A DNA stretch of 64,000 nucleotides from the human T2T-CHM13v2.0 reference genome, Homo sapiens. The notes under the pieces were generated by a model. That model saw only the letters and a list, made by a program, of their open reading frames with translations, had not been told where the DNA came from and made no database searches. A program made the translations under genes and the position numbers. The stretch is from NCBI RefSeq assembly GCF_009914755.1, contig NC_060934.1; one strand, given 5' to 3'. This document shows positions 63,061-64,000 of this stretch, piece after piece (position 1 is the first letter of the stretch; every line of letters starts with the position of its first letter).

Positions 63061-64000
63061 GGCACTAGAGAATTGTTGTTGTCCAGTATCTTTGATCATA
63101 TTAATATATCTTTATCAATCATTTTACAATAATTCCTATAAAACATGTACCTGAATACGAAGCACATATCCAAACATTTTCTTCCACAAAAAAGACACAC
63201 AAAAATAAACACTGTGGACTTTCTCCAAAGCTCATGTGGAACACTTTGAATAGACCTGATAACTGCTTCTCTTTAAGCTGAGTAAGTGTGCTAGTCTCCC
63301 CTTTCTGAATCTGAGATTAAACTGAGCCAATTATCTAGAGGTGATACATCAAGGTCCCACAGAAAGTACAATTTTGTTACTATTCAAATGAGAAATTAAC
63401 AGTTAAAAACTATATTTTTGACCTTGTTTTATAAGTATGCTTGATATCAAAATAAGTACTGGGCTCCTAAGATCCTCAAGATTCTGAAATGGGCAGAAAT
63501 TGCTCAACTAGAAGCGAGAATATCAAATCCTTACTCCATTAAATTAACAGTTCAAAGTAAACTTAAATTTAGAAAGGTTAAAAAGTACCTTTTTATGACT
63601 TTAGCCTTTCAAGAAAGATACTGGTAGTAGAGAGAAGGGGAAAGATTGCTGAAACACTTAAAATCTAGTCTTGGTTCTCACATTTAGGTATGTGGCTCTG
63701 GAGAAGTGACTCAAACCATCAAAAGGTTGTTCTCCAAAGAACAAAAACAAGGATGATGATCCCTGCCTATCTCCTAGGTTTGTGGCAAGGTTTTAATGAG
63801 GTCATGGAGGTAAAGTGCTTCAGAAATCGTAACATTCCACGCAAATGCCACACATCATTCTTAGATAGATCCCCAATTTCATACCAGGTTTATGCTCCAA
63901 ACGATCAGTACTAAATCACTTGTTTACACTATGGAAGATGTGGTCTCATAGAGGCAATGCTATAAATGGTGACTGGCCTGTACACGCCTATTTAATTAGG

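Overview
Primate genomic DNA, almost certainly human (AluY, L1PA3 and THE1 are present). The right third holds the last four coding exons and the 3' UTR of MINDY3 (FAM188A, a K48-specific deubiquitinase) on the minus strand. From recall, this is the 10p13 interval between ITGA8 and MINDY3. The left ~47 kb is intergenic and repeat-dense: about 28 Alus, L1PA/L1M, L2, MIR, MaLR/ERVL solo LTRs and Tigger/MER5 DNA transposons. Most ORFs in the supplied track are repeat-derived noise. The most interesting signal is a heavily decayed but colinear Ty3/Gypsy (sushi/chromovirus-type) pol fossil at ~12.8-16.3 kb (+). It shows RT, RNase H, integrase HHCC, integrase core and a probable chromodomain, and a strong CTCF motif lies inside its integrase zinc finger. 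Other notable items: a twin-primed L1PA3 inverted at a palindrome, an apparent old 1.9-kb inversion inside an L1M, a tandem E-box pair just past the MINDY3 3' end, and candidate poison exons in MINDY3. Repeat subfamily names come from recalled consensus sequences, not a database search, and boundaries of old repeats are approximate.
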